NCBI GenBank assembly: GCA_028717385.1 | Contig: JAQUNW010000003.1 | Location: 12,640 to 76,639 of the forward strand | Length of the DNA stretch: 64,000 nt | Direction of reading: 5' to 3' | Source: Dehalococcoidales bacterium | Lineage (GTDB): Bacteria > Chloroflexota > Dehalococcoidia > Dehalococcoidales > CSSed11-197 | In this document: in pieces, positions 37,072-45,535 of the stretch | Position numbering within the stretch: position 1 is the first letter of the stretch | Layout of the letters: the number at the start of each line of letters is the position of its first letter | Translations under genes and position numbers: made by a program | The notes under the pieces: generated by a model | The model's input: only the letters and a program-made list of their open reading frames with translations | Told to the model about the DNA's origin: nothing | The model's database searches: none

Positions 37072-37878
37072 ATGGTAAACAAAAAAATTGGCCTCGCTTT
37101 AGGAGGAGGAGCGGCAAGAGGGATTGCTCATATTGGCGTGCTCAGGGCATTGGAAGCTAACCATATTAAAATTGATTGTATTGCCGGGACCAGTGCCGGG
37201 GCAGTAGCTGGAGCTGCTTACGCCAGAGGTACCAGCCCGGACGCACTAAAAGAGATGGCAGTTAGCATGGGGGTAAGGGACTGGGCTAGTCTGGCAGATG
37301 TTCGTATTCCCCATGGCGGATTTATTGCCGGAAATCGTATAGTAAGCCTGCTAAAAGTGATTATTGGAGAAGCGGACTTTAAAGATTTAAAATTGCCGTT
37401 TGCCTGTGTAGCCTGTGACCTTTATAGTGGTGAGGAAGTGGTCATCAATCGGGGCTCCGTTCTGGAAGGGGTCAGAGCCAGCATTTCAATACCCCTGGTT
37501 TTTTCAGTTGTTGAATACGAAGGGCGCTATCTAGTCGATGGAGGATTGATAAACCAGGTTCCGGTGAATGTGGTGCGGAGCATGGGGGCAGATATTGTTA
37601 TCGCAGTTAATGTAATCCCTGCGCTTAACAACCGTCAGAAAAAATGGATTACAAAAAAAGCAAAACAGCCCGGGATATTCGATGTCATGATGCAAGTTAT
37701 TGATATCACTAATGTAAAGACCGTACGCGACAGCCTTGAGGGGGCGGATGTAGTAATTAATCCAGACACTCGAGACTTTAACTCGGCAGATTTCCACCAG
37801 GCGAAAGAGCTTATATTACAAGGTGAAATAGCAGGTGAGTTAGCAATTCCCGAGATTGATTTAGCCCTCAGATCTTGA
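37072..37878 (+). CDS. patatin-like phospholipase (RssA/NTE family)
   Basis: 268 aa with the oxyanion motif GGGAARG, the nucleophile motif GTSAGA and the catalytic DGG. Confidence 0.88.
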   Translation: MVNKKIGLALGGGAARGIAHIGVLRALEANHIKIDCIAGTSAGAVAGAAYARGTSPDALKEMAVSMGVRDWASLADVRIPHGGFIAGNRIVSLLKVIIGEADFKDLKLPFACVACDLYSGEEVVINRGSVLEGVRASISIPLVFSVVEYEGRYLVDGGLINQVPVNVVRSMGADIVIAVNVIPALNNRQKKWITKKAKQPGIFDVMMQVIDITNVKTVRDSLEGADVVINPDTRDFNSADFHQAKELILQGEIAGELAIPEIDLALRS

Positions 37879-37932
37879 TTTTCAGATGTAAATTGCTTGA
37901 TTGGGCAGTATTTGGATATAATACATAGTCTT

Positions 37933-38005
37933 GGGGCTGTAGCTCAGTTGGGAGAGCGCCTCCTTTGCAAGGAGGAAGTCAGGGGTTCGAGTCCCCTCAG
38001 CTCCA
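37933..38005 (+). tRNA. tRNA-Ala (anticodon TGC)
   Basis: GGGGCTGTAGCTCAGTTGGGAGAGCGCCTCCTTTGCAAGGAGGAAGTCAGGGGTTCGAGTCCCCTCAGCTCCA. The G3-U70 identity pair is present and CCA is not encoded. Confidence 0.93.
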
Positions 38006-38106
38006 TTGACCTCATAATATATTAAAACGATAACGCCATAATCAGCGTTGCTTTTTGTGGCTTCTTAAGGTCTCCCTCTTATATTCCGAGTGTATAACTG
38101 GTTTGC

Positions 38107-39261
38107 TTATATTATTCCGGCAAGCTTGTCTGCCATTATCACGATAAGCCACGTATACCACAGAATAGCAGCCACCACTACGAGAGTAATAAAGATGCCC
38201 CTCGCTTTAAATCGGGTATTCAGAAAATAGAAATCAACTGCGCCTTCCGGGCATGCTTCGATGCACCTGCCGCAACGGATGCAATCTACGGTTGGTTTTC
38301 TTTTCTTGTCCAAATCATCAGGACTCAGCGCATACATGCGGCATTCCTGTACGCAGTCATAACACTGGACGCACTTATTTTTGTTGATCTGTACACGGAA
38401 AATGCTTATTTTATCGACCAGTGAAAATACCGCGCCAATCGGGCAGATATGGCACCACCATCTACGCTTGGTCATAAAGGGTAGTATGATAGAAAAGAAC
38501 GCAATAAGAGCAATCACTGACCAGAAGACAACATCGGCTGATAACCACAGAACCGGGCAGAATGTGCACACTAGCGGGAAGGCTAAAAATATAGATAGCA
38601 GTATCACTGTAATGAGGATTGCGAATTTGGAATCCTTGACCCACTCCTTTAAGCCGGAATAATAAGAACCTTTGGGTGTAACAGTTTTCTTTTTAAGGAA
38701 ATTTAGTTGCCACCTTTCCTTTTTGCCGGTAACCATGGCTTCGCTCAAGCCCCCAAAAGGGCATATCCAGCCACAGATGCCCCTTCCAAACGCTAAGCCG
38801 GTGGCTGCGTATGGAACTAATGAAAGCATGAATGCATTGAACGTTGGAGGAAAGGTGACCTGCCATATGTCAAAGGAAGGAATAAAGGCAGCTTTACCAA
38901 GAAGTACTTGGGATACCACGCGCGTGCAAGGGTAAGCCAGGGTTCCTATCGTCTCTCCCGGATGGTAATAAGTTAGCCAGTTTTGATGCTGGCTAGCCCA
39001 ATAAAGAAAGGATGAAGGTTTAAGAATGTCTACGATAATAAAAAGGGCAGTCAAAGAAAACAAGAAAATCCCGATAAAAAACAGTCGGCGGAAGCGTTCC
39101 ATTCGCGTGGTAGTCAGAATCAAGTAGATGAACGCACTGCCTAGTATTCCCATAACAATACCCAGCCAGGGAAACGGACTGAAGTACCACCAAACGGTAA
39201 AGCCTCCTGCTGCCAGCGCTATTATTAGCGCTTGTATCTTCGAGCTTATCGCTGGTCTCAT
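38107..39261 (-). CDS. membrane-bound polyferredoxin, NapH/MauN-like 4Fe-4S protein
   Basis: 384 aa with multiple TM segments, the CGWICPFGG and CHICPIGA motifs, and two ferredoxin clusters (CVQCYDCVQEC, CIRCGRCIEACP). Confidence 0.75.
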   Translation of the reverse strand: MRPAISSKIQALIIALAAGGFTVWWYFSPFPWLGIVMGILGSAFIYLILTTTRMERFRRLFFIGIFLFSLTALFIIVDILKPSSFLYWASQHQNWLTYYHPGETIGTLAYPCTRVVSQVLLGKAAFIPSFDIWQVTFPPTFNAFMLSLVPYAATGLAFGRGICGWICPFGGLSEAMVTGKKERWQLNFLKKKTVTPKGSYYSGLKEWVKDSKFAILITVILLSIFLAFPLVCTFCPVLWLSADVVFWSVIALIAFFSIILPFMTKRRWWCHICPIGAVFSLVDKISIFRVQINKNKCVQCYDCVQECRMYALSPDDLDKKRKPTVDCIRCGRCIEACPEGAVDFYFLNTRFKARGIFITLVVVAAILWYTWLIVIMADKLAGII

Positions 39262-39528
39262 ATCCCGGGCTCCTTTAAATTTTTATTTGATACTCAGTCT
39301 CTGGAAAATGAATACATCAACATTGGAGAGTGTAGGTATTTCTGAATAACTACCCTTAAGATCATTATGCTGTAGTTTTTTACCTCCAAGTACTCAGGCG
39401 CTGAAAAAGTTTTCATAGTTAAATAGCGAAAATACGCTTTATTGATATACCACCATAATAAGTTTGCTTGTTAGTATATCCATGTGTTTAATGCAAAAGC
39501 AATAGATGCGAACCAATATAAAAATATG

Positions 39529-39557
39529 TTGACAGGCGCTATAGGCGCTGATACTAT
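39529..39557 (+). promoter_or_regulatory. candidate sigma-70 promoter
   Basis: TTGACA-17 nt-TACTAT, 88 nt upstream of the 39645 ATG. The spacer contains a GGCGCT direct repeat. Confidence 0.45.
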
Positions 39558-39644
39558 ATTATAAAATGCGTTTATGCGCATATTATTATCTAACCATGAT
39601 AAATCGAGGTTGTCAATACATTTCTGGAAGAAAGGGATGACAAT

Positions 39645-40214
39645 ATGGGATTATTTAGAAAAAAGGCGCTCTATCGAATTGTTTTACTGGTGATTACTGT
39701 TTCACCGATTGGTTTTATCGCCTGTTATAATGATGATATAAACACAACCACAGCTACAATATCCCCAACAACTACTTTTATCGCGCCCCCATCCACTGAA
39801 CCATATTCCGAGACTGTACCTTCCTCTCCAACTATGCCCATGACAACGAATACTGCCAGCAGCGGCCAACCCGTCGAATGTGCCGGGGAAGACCCGGATA
39901 GCTGGATCTGGTATCCAGGTACAATCAGAATAGACTATATAACAACTTGCCCCTGTTCGCCCGGTGTGGATACCTGGTATGTTGCCCCGGGTAAGCCGAT
40001 AGACGTATTTGAATATTATATTAGTACCTACACAGAAGATGAATGGATAGTTTCTCCAGAACCTATTGGGCTTGCTGCATGGATAGACAGTAGTGATGAG
40101 TACTTCTTCCTGGAAATCTTTGAAGATAGCCGTTGGGAGGGTTTTCCAACAGCAATACACGTAGCGTGGTTGAATCCTGACCATTACCAACCTTGGCTTA
40201 CCGGGACAAGTTAG
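39645..40214 (+). CDS. hypothetical lipoprotein
   Basis: 189 aa with a signal peptide plus lipobox (GFIAC), a Thr/Pro-rich linker and a Trp/acidic-rich C-terminal domain. I recognised no family. Confidence 0.55.
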   Translation: MGLFRKKALYRIVLLVITVSPIGFIACYNDDINTTTATISPTTTFIAPPSTEPYSETVPSSPTMPMTTNTASSGQPVECAGEDPDSWIWYPGTIRIDYITTCPCSPGVDTWYVAPGKPIDVFEYYISTYTEDEWIVSPEPIGLAAWIDSSDEYFFLEIFEDSRWEGFPTAIHVAWLNPDHYQPWLTGTS

Positions 40215-40333
40215 GCGCGTTTACTGGCAGCAACAATTATAGGCAACACCCGGTTATAATAGGTAAACAGAAAGCTTAACTCACACCCTGCTTATTATTG
40301 AAAATTAATACTGATAATTATACAATTGCTCGG

Positions 40334-40957
40334 ATGAAGAAAATCTTGGCTTCCATCCTTTTGGTCTTGCCGTTCATGATTGCTTCATGCGGGGGTTCCG
40401 TAAAAACGGCGGGATTATCATTGGTAGAATTTTCTACCGAAGATTTTGCCGGGTCCGGTAATTGCGCTGTATGCCATATTGATCTGGAGGACCAGATCGG
40501 TAATTACGTTTCAATTGGTACTCACTGGCGCTCCACCATGATGGCAAACGCAGCCAAAGACCCTTTCTGGCAGGCAAAGGTCGCTTCTGAAGTAGCTCGC
40601 AATCCCCATTTGAAAGAAGTTATTGAAGAGAAGTGCGCCAGCTGTCATATGCCAATGGCTTACACTCAGGCAGAAGTTAGAAATGGTTCCGCCATGATTT
40701 TTGATACCGGGCTTGCCAATACGAGTAATCCGCTCAACCCGGCGGCCATGGATGGGGTTTCGTGCACTCTTTGCCACCAGATAGTAGATCCGGTCCTTGG
40801 TAAATATACGGTGGACACAAGTGCCGAACCACCAGATCGGTTGATATACGGCCCATACAAAGATCCTGAGCAAAGCTTGATGATCTCTACTTCTCAATTT
40901 ACACCGGTATATGGAGAGCATATAACCAATTCGGTTCTTTGTGGCACATGCCACTGA
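40334..40957 (+). CDS. multihaem c-type cytochrome lipoprotein, N-terminal part (4 CxxCH), ending at an in-frame TGA
   Basis: The signal/lipobox is MKKILASILLVLPFMIASC, followed by CAVCH, CASCH, CTLCH and CGTCH. The TGA at 40955-57 is followed directly, in frame, by the next ORF. Confidence 0.7.
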   Translation: MKKILASILLVLPFMIASCGGSVKTAGLSLVEFSTEDFAGSGNCAVCHIDLEDQIGNYVSIGTHWRSTMMANAAKDPFWQAKVASEVARNPHLKEVIEEKCASCHMPMAYTQAEVRNGSAMIFDTGLANTSNPLNPAAMDGVSCTLCHQIVDPVLGKYTVDTSAEPPDRLIYGPYKDPEQSLMISTSQFTPVYGEHITNSVLCGTCH

Positions 40958-41944
40958 GTGACTACCCCGTGCGTCGATAGTAAGGGCGACGTACTAGGAA
41001 CCTTTCCGGAGCAGACTCCATGTCTGGAGCATATCAACAGCATTTATCCTGATCGGGGAATTGAATGCCAGACCTGCCATATGCCAGAGGCGGAATCTTC
41101 TGTAATAATTTCCAATGTGGGTTCAGGGTATGAAGACCGCGACCCGTTTAGCCAGCATTACTTTGTTGGTTCCAACGAGTTTATGCTTGAACTTCTCAAA
41201 GCCAATATCGACACACTCAGGATAACAGCATCTTCCGATAACTTTGATGGTACTATTAGCCGATTGATGAACCTGTTAAATAAGGAAACCGCTGTACTAT
41301 TATTCTCTAAAACAGAAAGATCTGGCGATCTGCTTATCCTGGATATAGATATCGAACAGCTGGTCGGCCATAAATTCCCAACCGGGTTTCCTTCCCGGCG
41401 AGCTTGGCTCCATCTCAAAGTTGCCGATAAAAACGGTAATGTGGTATTTGAATCCGGCAAGCCTCTAAAAGACGGACGCATACAAGGGTGTGACTCTGAC
41501 CAGGATATTTCCACTTATGAGCCACATTATGACGTAATACACCAGGAAGACCAGGTTCAGGTTTATGAGGCTGTGATGTTAAATAGCGATGGCGAAGTGA
41601 CCTATACCTTGCTCAGAGCCAACAAGTTTGCCAAGGACAACCGGCTGCTACCCAAAGGTTTCGATATCGTAAATTCCCACGAAAATACCAGAGTTTATGG
41701 CGAAGCACTGGATGACAGCAACTTTATGGGCGGATTCGACCGGATTACATATCAGGTAGATACAAACGGTACATCCGGCACCCTGACAGTGGAAGTAGAC
41801 CTTTTGATGCAGACCGTTTCTTACCCGTACATACAGGATTTTTCTGGTGAAAATACTCCAGAAGCAACCCGGTTCCTGGGCATGTACGAAGAGATGGATA
41901 AATCGCCTACGCTGGTTACTTCAATCAGTACGATAGTGCCTTGA
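40958..41944 (+). CDS. multihaem cytochrome, C-terminal part (1 CxxCH plus beta-rich domain); same frame as 40334..40957
   Basis: It contains CQTCHMPE and HKFPTGFPSRRAWLHLKVADKNGNVVFESGK. There is no signal peptide or RBS of its own, and the track start (GTG at 40958) is simply the codon after the TGA. Confidence 0.65.
   Translation: MTTPCVDSKGDVLGTFPEQTPCLEHINSIYPDRGIECQTCHMPEAESSVIISNVGSGYEDRDPFSQHYFVGSNEFMLELLKANIDTLRITASSDNFDGTISRLMNLLNKETAVLLFSKTERSGDLLILDIDIEQLVGHKFPTGFPSRRAWLHLKVADKNGNVVFESGKPLKDGRIQGCDSDQDISTYEPHYDVIHQEDQVQVYEAVMLNSDGEVTYTLLRANKFAKDNRLLPKGFDIVNSHENTRVYGEALDDSNFMGGFDRITYQVDTNGTSGTLTVEVDLLMQTVSYPYIQDFSGENTPEATRFLGMYEEMDKSPTLVTSISTIVP
40967..40998 (+). other. SECIS-like stem-loop 12 nt downstream of the in-frame TGA
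   Basis: GTGCGTCG (40969-76) pairs with CGACGTAC (40987-94), 8 bp including one G-U. The 10-nt loop is AUAGUAAGGG. CC/GG can extend the stem across a 2-nt bulge. Confidence 0.35.
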
Positions 41945-41963
41945 TGTCCGTGGTTTGTATCTT

Positions 41964-42143
41964 TTAGCCCAGGCTCTTTCGCCCGATATAGAGACTGTTT
42001 TGGGGGATATCTTCGAATATTACAATCACACTTTCGCTGTTTACCCCGGTATTTTCGGTTATGATATCTGTGATACTTTCATCGATTTTCTTTTTGGCCT
42101 CGTCATTTCTTCCTGCTGCCCATTCGATTTTGATTACTGGCAT
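41964..42143 (-). CDS. 4-oxalocrotonate tautomerase family protein
   Basis: 59 aa from the internal Met: MPVIKIEWAAGRNDEAKKKIDESITDIITENTG..SESVIVIFEDIP. It has Pro1 and typical length. The track ORF extends to 42188. Confidence 0.75.
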   Translation of the reverse strand: MPVIKIEWAAGRNDEAKKKIDESITDIITENTGVNSESVIVIFEDIPQNSLYIGRKSLG

Positions 42144-42425
42144 AATACACCTCTTTCTTTCCCTGCACCGTATCAGTCTTATACCCATGAAAAGTAAACC
42201 TGTTTAGAATATAAATTCATTAATATATATTCTCTACTCTTGCTAACAGACAGCCGTTGTATTCCAAGCGCCAAGTTTGTCTGCATAAATAGGTACTAAC
42301 TAGAGAATACCAAAATACCTTAATGCACTATGGTTTTAAAATACACACATTATTCAGGCTTTATTTATTATACCTGGTTGCTGATTCTGTTTACATAAAT
42401 ATTGACCTTGGGCAACCCCTATAGG

Positions 42426-42461
42426 AAAAAAACATAGGGGTGATTTTATATCACCCCTATG
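42426..42461 (-). terminator. rho-independent terminator of the 44827-42485 gene(s)
   Basis: A perfect 12-bp stem CATAGGGGTGAT/ATCACCCCTATG (42433-42461) with a 5-nt loop, followed on the minus strand by U7 (42432-42426). Confidence 0.8.
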
Positions 42462-42484
42462 TCAATTAGCGCATTACTCTTTGT

Positions 42485-43144
42485 TTACACAAAATTGAAA
42501 CGGTAAGTCCAGGTTGCTTTAAAATTACCACTCTTGTCAGTTATAGTTGGATTATCAGGTGCGTGCCATCTGTCATTGTAAAAGTTGTATATTCCCAAAG
42601 TTGAAATACCGCTGCGCGAGTATGAATATTTAACCGTCATGACTAGCTGATTGTCTTCCATGGTAATCGTACCGGAGCCGGTCATAGAGTATAAATAATC
42701 AAACTCGCTTTTTGCATAGTGTTTTTCCATGCCAGGATCATCCGCGAAAGGCGCCCGTTCAACACCATATGCGTCTACAGTGCAGGAAATATTTACAGTA
42801 CCCGATTGAGCAGTATTATCCCAAGTCCCTTCCATGGTGAAGTTAGAAGCATTAATAGTCCAGTTTATTTCGTTGGTTTTTGTTGTTGTAGATGCAGATG
42901 GCACCTCTGCTGAAAATTTGCCGTCTTTTGAAATTCTTATTGTGCCGGTATTAGCCAGGGCAGCCCTGATACCTTCGCCCGGGGTTGCGGTTGATGTACC
43001 GCTGGAATACACAAAACTATTAAGTTCAAGCTCTTCACCAATATCAATTGACACGGTCGGAGGCATGACAATGAATTCAACCTCTTTAACCACTTCATCA
43101 TCTTCAGGATTTACGATTTCAACCTTGTTGGGAGATCCTGCCAT
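42485..43144 (-). CDS. hypothetical beta-rich protein; probably the C-terminal part of the upstream lipoprotein
   Basis: 219-aa track ORF. The 198 nt upstream of it (43145-43342) are open in the same frame and read straight back to the TAG of the preceding ORF. Confidence 0.5.
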   Translation of the reverse strand: MAGSPNKVEIVNPEDDEVVKEVEFIVMPPTVSIDIGEELELNSFVYSSGTSTATPGEGIRAALANTGTIRISKDGKFSAEVPSASTTTKTNEINWTINASNFTMEGTWDNTAQSGTVNISCTVDAYGVERAPFADDPGMEKHYAKSEFDYLYSMTGSGTITMEDNQLVMTVKYSYSRSGISTLGIYNFYNDRWHAPDNPTITDKSGNFKATWTYRFNFV

Positions 43145-43342
43145 GATATGCCCGAGTACCCTGAAAGGCAGTGAAGCTTTACCCTCATCGCTTATCTCCT
43201 TCTGCCACCATTCCTTATCGATAACTTCATCAGCCAGGGGAGCGATGCGGGCTATGTAACCGGCATACAGGGCTTTTTCCGGCTTGGGGTCAGCTTCATC
43301 GTAAACAGAATCGTAAATCTGAACAGTTACTATCCTGTTGAG

Positions 43343-44827
43343 CTATTGAGCGATGGCATCCAGTTCTATTCCAACCTGGTTTTCATGTTCCTGGGCAAGC
43401 ACTCGCCCAAGCCGTATCAATACCGCATCCAGGGAATCATTTAACAGGTCATTTTTTTGGCGGCCGGATATCTTGTCCATAATACCCTGGTTCAAGCCGC
43501 CACCGCCAGTGAAGCCGTTTTTTTGTGCCTGGCTCTGGTAGGCGGCAACTATTGTTTCATCCTCCCAGAATTGCCAGCAGTAGCGATCGATTTCTGCCAT
43601 GATTTTCTGGTTTAGTTCCTGAGATGACTTGGCCTGTTTTGCCATAGGCTCTAATATTAAATACCAGTCCTTGGGAGTACGCTTCACGCCCGATTCGTGG
43701 AGATAATAAAGGCGGTACGCTTCGGTATAAATATTTTCTCTACCACTCCAGGCTTCGGTAGCAAACTCACTCAAAGCATAATCAATGCAATAAACGCCTA
43801 CCGAGCCCAGTTGAAGTATGGCTGATCCAAACTTGGAAACGCCGTAGTAGGTGAGGTTTTTGATCAGGTTGGTATGCAGCGCCTTGCTATCCCCATTCTG
43901 GTAATCGACTGCTGCTTGTGCAATAGCAGAAAGTAGTCCAACATTGCCCATGGCATTGCCTATGCCATCAAGAAACTCTGAAGCATATACAGTGTTGGTC
44001 AGGAATGTGATCCCGGCACCGGACATGTTCAGCCAGTCACCCACCACTTTGTTGCCCAGCTCAAGGGCAGATGGGCCAGGGTTCATACCATTATCAATTG
44101 CTTCACTTATTATTCCGGCATAATCGGCAGAACTGCTAGCATTGCGTATAGCTACCTTGGGAAGCGTAAAATCAACGTATGCAGCACGCGTGTATTCTCT
44201 GTCAACCACAAATGCTCCGTATACGGAAAGATGATCGGTGGTGATGGTGATGTTGCCGGCAGACGGGTTAATGTCATAGGATACCGGCTCCCATACTTTA
44301 AGAGCCTGGTTGTAGTAGCAGGCACCGACATATTCAGCCGGGTCTGCTCCGGCAGGCAGAAGGGTTTTGTCATAGGGTATGGTGATATCCATGAGGCCTA
44401 CCAGTTCTTCATCAGTATCGATGCGGAAATCCCAGGCATTTACCGACAGTTCATCGTTGATCAGCATGTTTTCCATCGGGGCAATGGTAACCTGGGCTTC
44501 CTCATTCAGGCATACCGGGGATACCTCGATGGAAACACCTTTACCGGAGACTTTCAGGTTCTCTTCATTCAATTTGCCCGATACAATGTTACTTGTAGTG
44601 GTGGGTATCGGTGTAGTGGTATAAGGCTTGGTGGTAGTTGTAGTTGTTGCCGGAAGAGTGGTTTTAGGGGCAGTTGTGGTTGGTTGCGTTGTTGCAGGGG
44701 CGGGTGAAGTTGTTGTGGGATCTTTTCCGCCTCCGCCACAGGCTGGCAAGAACGTGGCAACAAATACTAGCAATACAAGCACTGATGTAAGTTTTTTGGC
44801 TCTGGGGGATATTAGTCGTCTGGTCAT
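43343..44827 (-). CDS. hypothetical secreted lipoprotein with a long Pro/Thr linker
   Basis: 494 aa with a signal/lipobox (FLPAC) and about 50 aa of T/P-rich linker. I recognised no family. It ends at the TAG at 43345-43343. Confidence 0.6.
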   Translation of the reverse strand: MTRRLISPRAKKLTSVLVLLVFVATFLPACGGGGKDPTTTSPAPATTQPTTTAPKTTLPATTTTTTKPYTTTPIPTTTSNIVSGKLNEENLKVSGKGVSIEVSPVCLNEEAQVTIAPMENMLINDELSVNAWDFRIDTDEELVGLMDITIPYDKTLLPAGADPAEYVGACYYNQALKVWEPVSYDINPSAGNITITTDHLSVYGAFVVDREYTRAAYVDFTLPKVAIRNASSSADYAGIISEAIDNGMNPGPSALELGNKVVGDWLNMSGAGITFLTNTVYASEFLDGIGNAMGNVGLLSAIAQAAVDYQNGDSKALHTNLIKNLTYYGVSKFGSAILQLGSVGVYCIDYALSEFATEAWSGRENIYTEAYRLYYLHESGVKRTPKDWYLILEPMAKQAKSSQELNQKIMAEIDRYCWQFWEDETIVAAYQSQAQKNGFTGGGGLNQGIMDKISGRQKNDLLNDSLDAVLIRLGRVLAQEHENQVGIELDAIAQ

Positions 44828-45081
44828 GCAGCATCGTCTCCTTAAGATTGGTATACTTGAATGGATAGTTAGAGTAAAGGGTTATAAAACGAGCTATTAT
44901 ACATCTATCTCAGTAGTTATTTCTACTTTAAATAACCTTTTATATTAATAAGTAAATTTTTAAATAATTCTTGTGCAGGAAATATGTATAGTAAACAGAT
45001 AGAAATTACGCTAGACTCTTTGTTTCAAAATGGCTGATTGTTTCAAATAAAAAATAAAGCTAAAAAAAGTAGGGGATAAAC

Positions 45082-45483
45082 ATGTTGAACAAAATTGAAT
45101 TACCTACCAGCCAATCTACACAGTTTATAAATATTACTGATAGAATACGTGTTCTTTTATCTTCAAGCGGTATAACAAACGGAATTTGCTATATTTTTGT
45201 ACCACATACCACCGCGGCAGTCACCATCAATGAAAATGCTGACCCGGATGTTGTATCCGACATTGAAAGGTTTTTCACTTTAACTATCGACAATAAGTGT
45301 AATTACCGGCATATGGAAGGGAATTCCCCTGCACATATCAAAGCAAGCCTGATGGGAAGTTCACAGGCGGTTTTAGTAGAGGATGGCAGATTATTACTTG
45401 GTACCTGGCAGGGAATATATTTTTGTGAGTTCGATGGACCCAGAAAAAGGTCTTTTTTCGTAAAATTCATGCCATCAGCTTAA
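45082..45483 (+). CDS. yjbQ: YjbQ/UPF0047 family protein (secondary thiamine-phosphate synthase enzyme)
   Basis: 133 aa with VPHTTAAVTINENADPDV, HIKASLMGSS and GTWQGIYFCEFDGPR. Confidence 0.85.
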   Translation: MLNKIELPTSQSTQFINITDRIRVLLSSSGITNGICYIFVPHTTAAVTINENADPDVVSDIERFFTLTIDNKCNYRHMEGNSPAHIKASLMGSSQAVLVEDGRLLLGTWQGIYFCEFDGPRKRSFFVKFMPSA

Positions 45484-45535
45484 TTTATTTTTTTTTCGAT
45501 CGGTATTCTTTCAATATGGACACCTGGCTCAATCT

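Noticed and set aside
26889-43345. Global stop-codon reassignment as the explanation for the three in-frame stops (TAA 26889, TGA 40955, TAG 43343).
   Set aside because: Conserved genes in this window end at the expected lengths on TGA (mutS2), TAG (pcrA, ribBA) and TAA (kamA, ribH). All three codons therefore act as ordinary stops. Each case needs a local explanation: pseudogene, Sec, error or readthrough.
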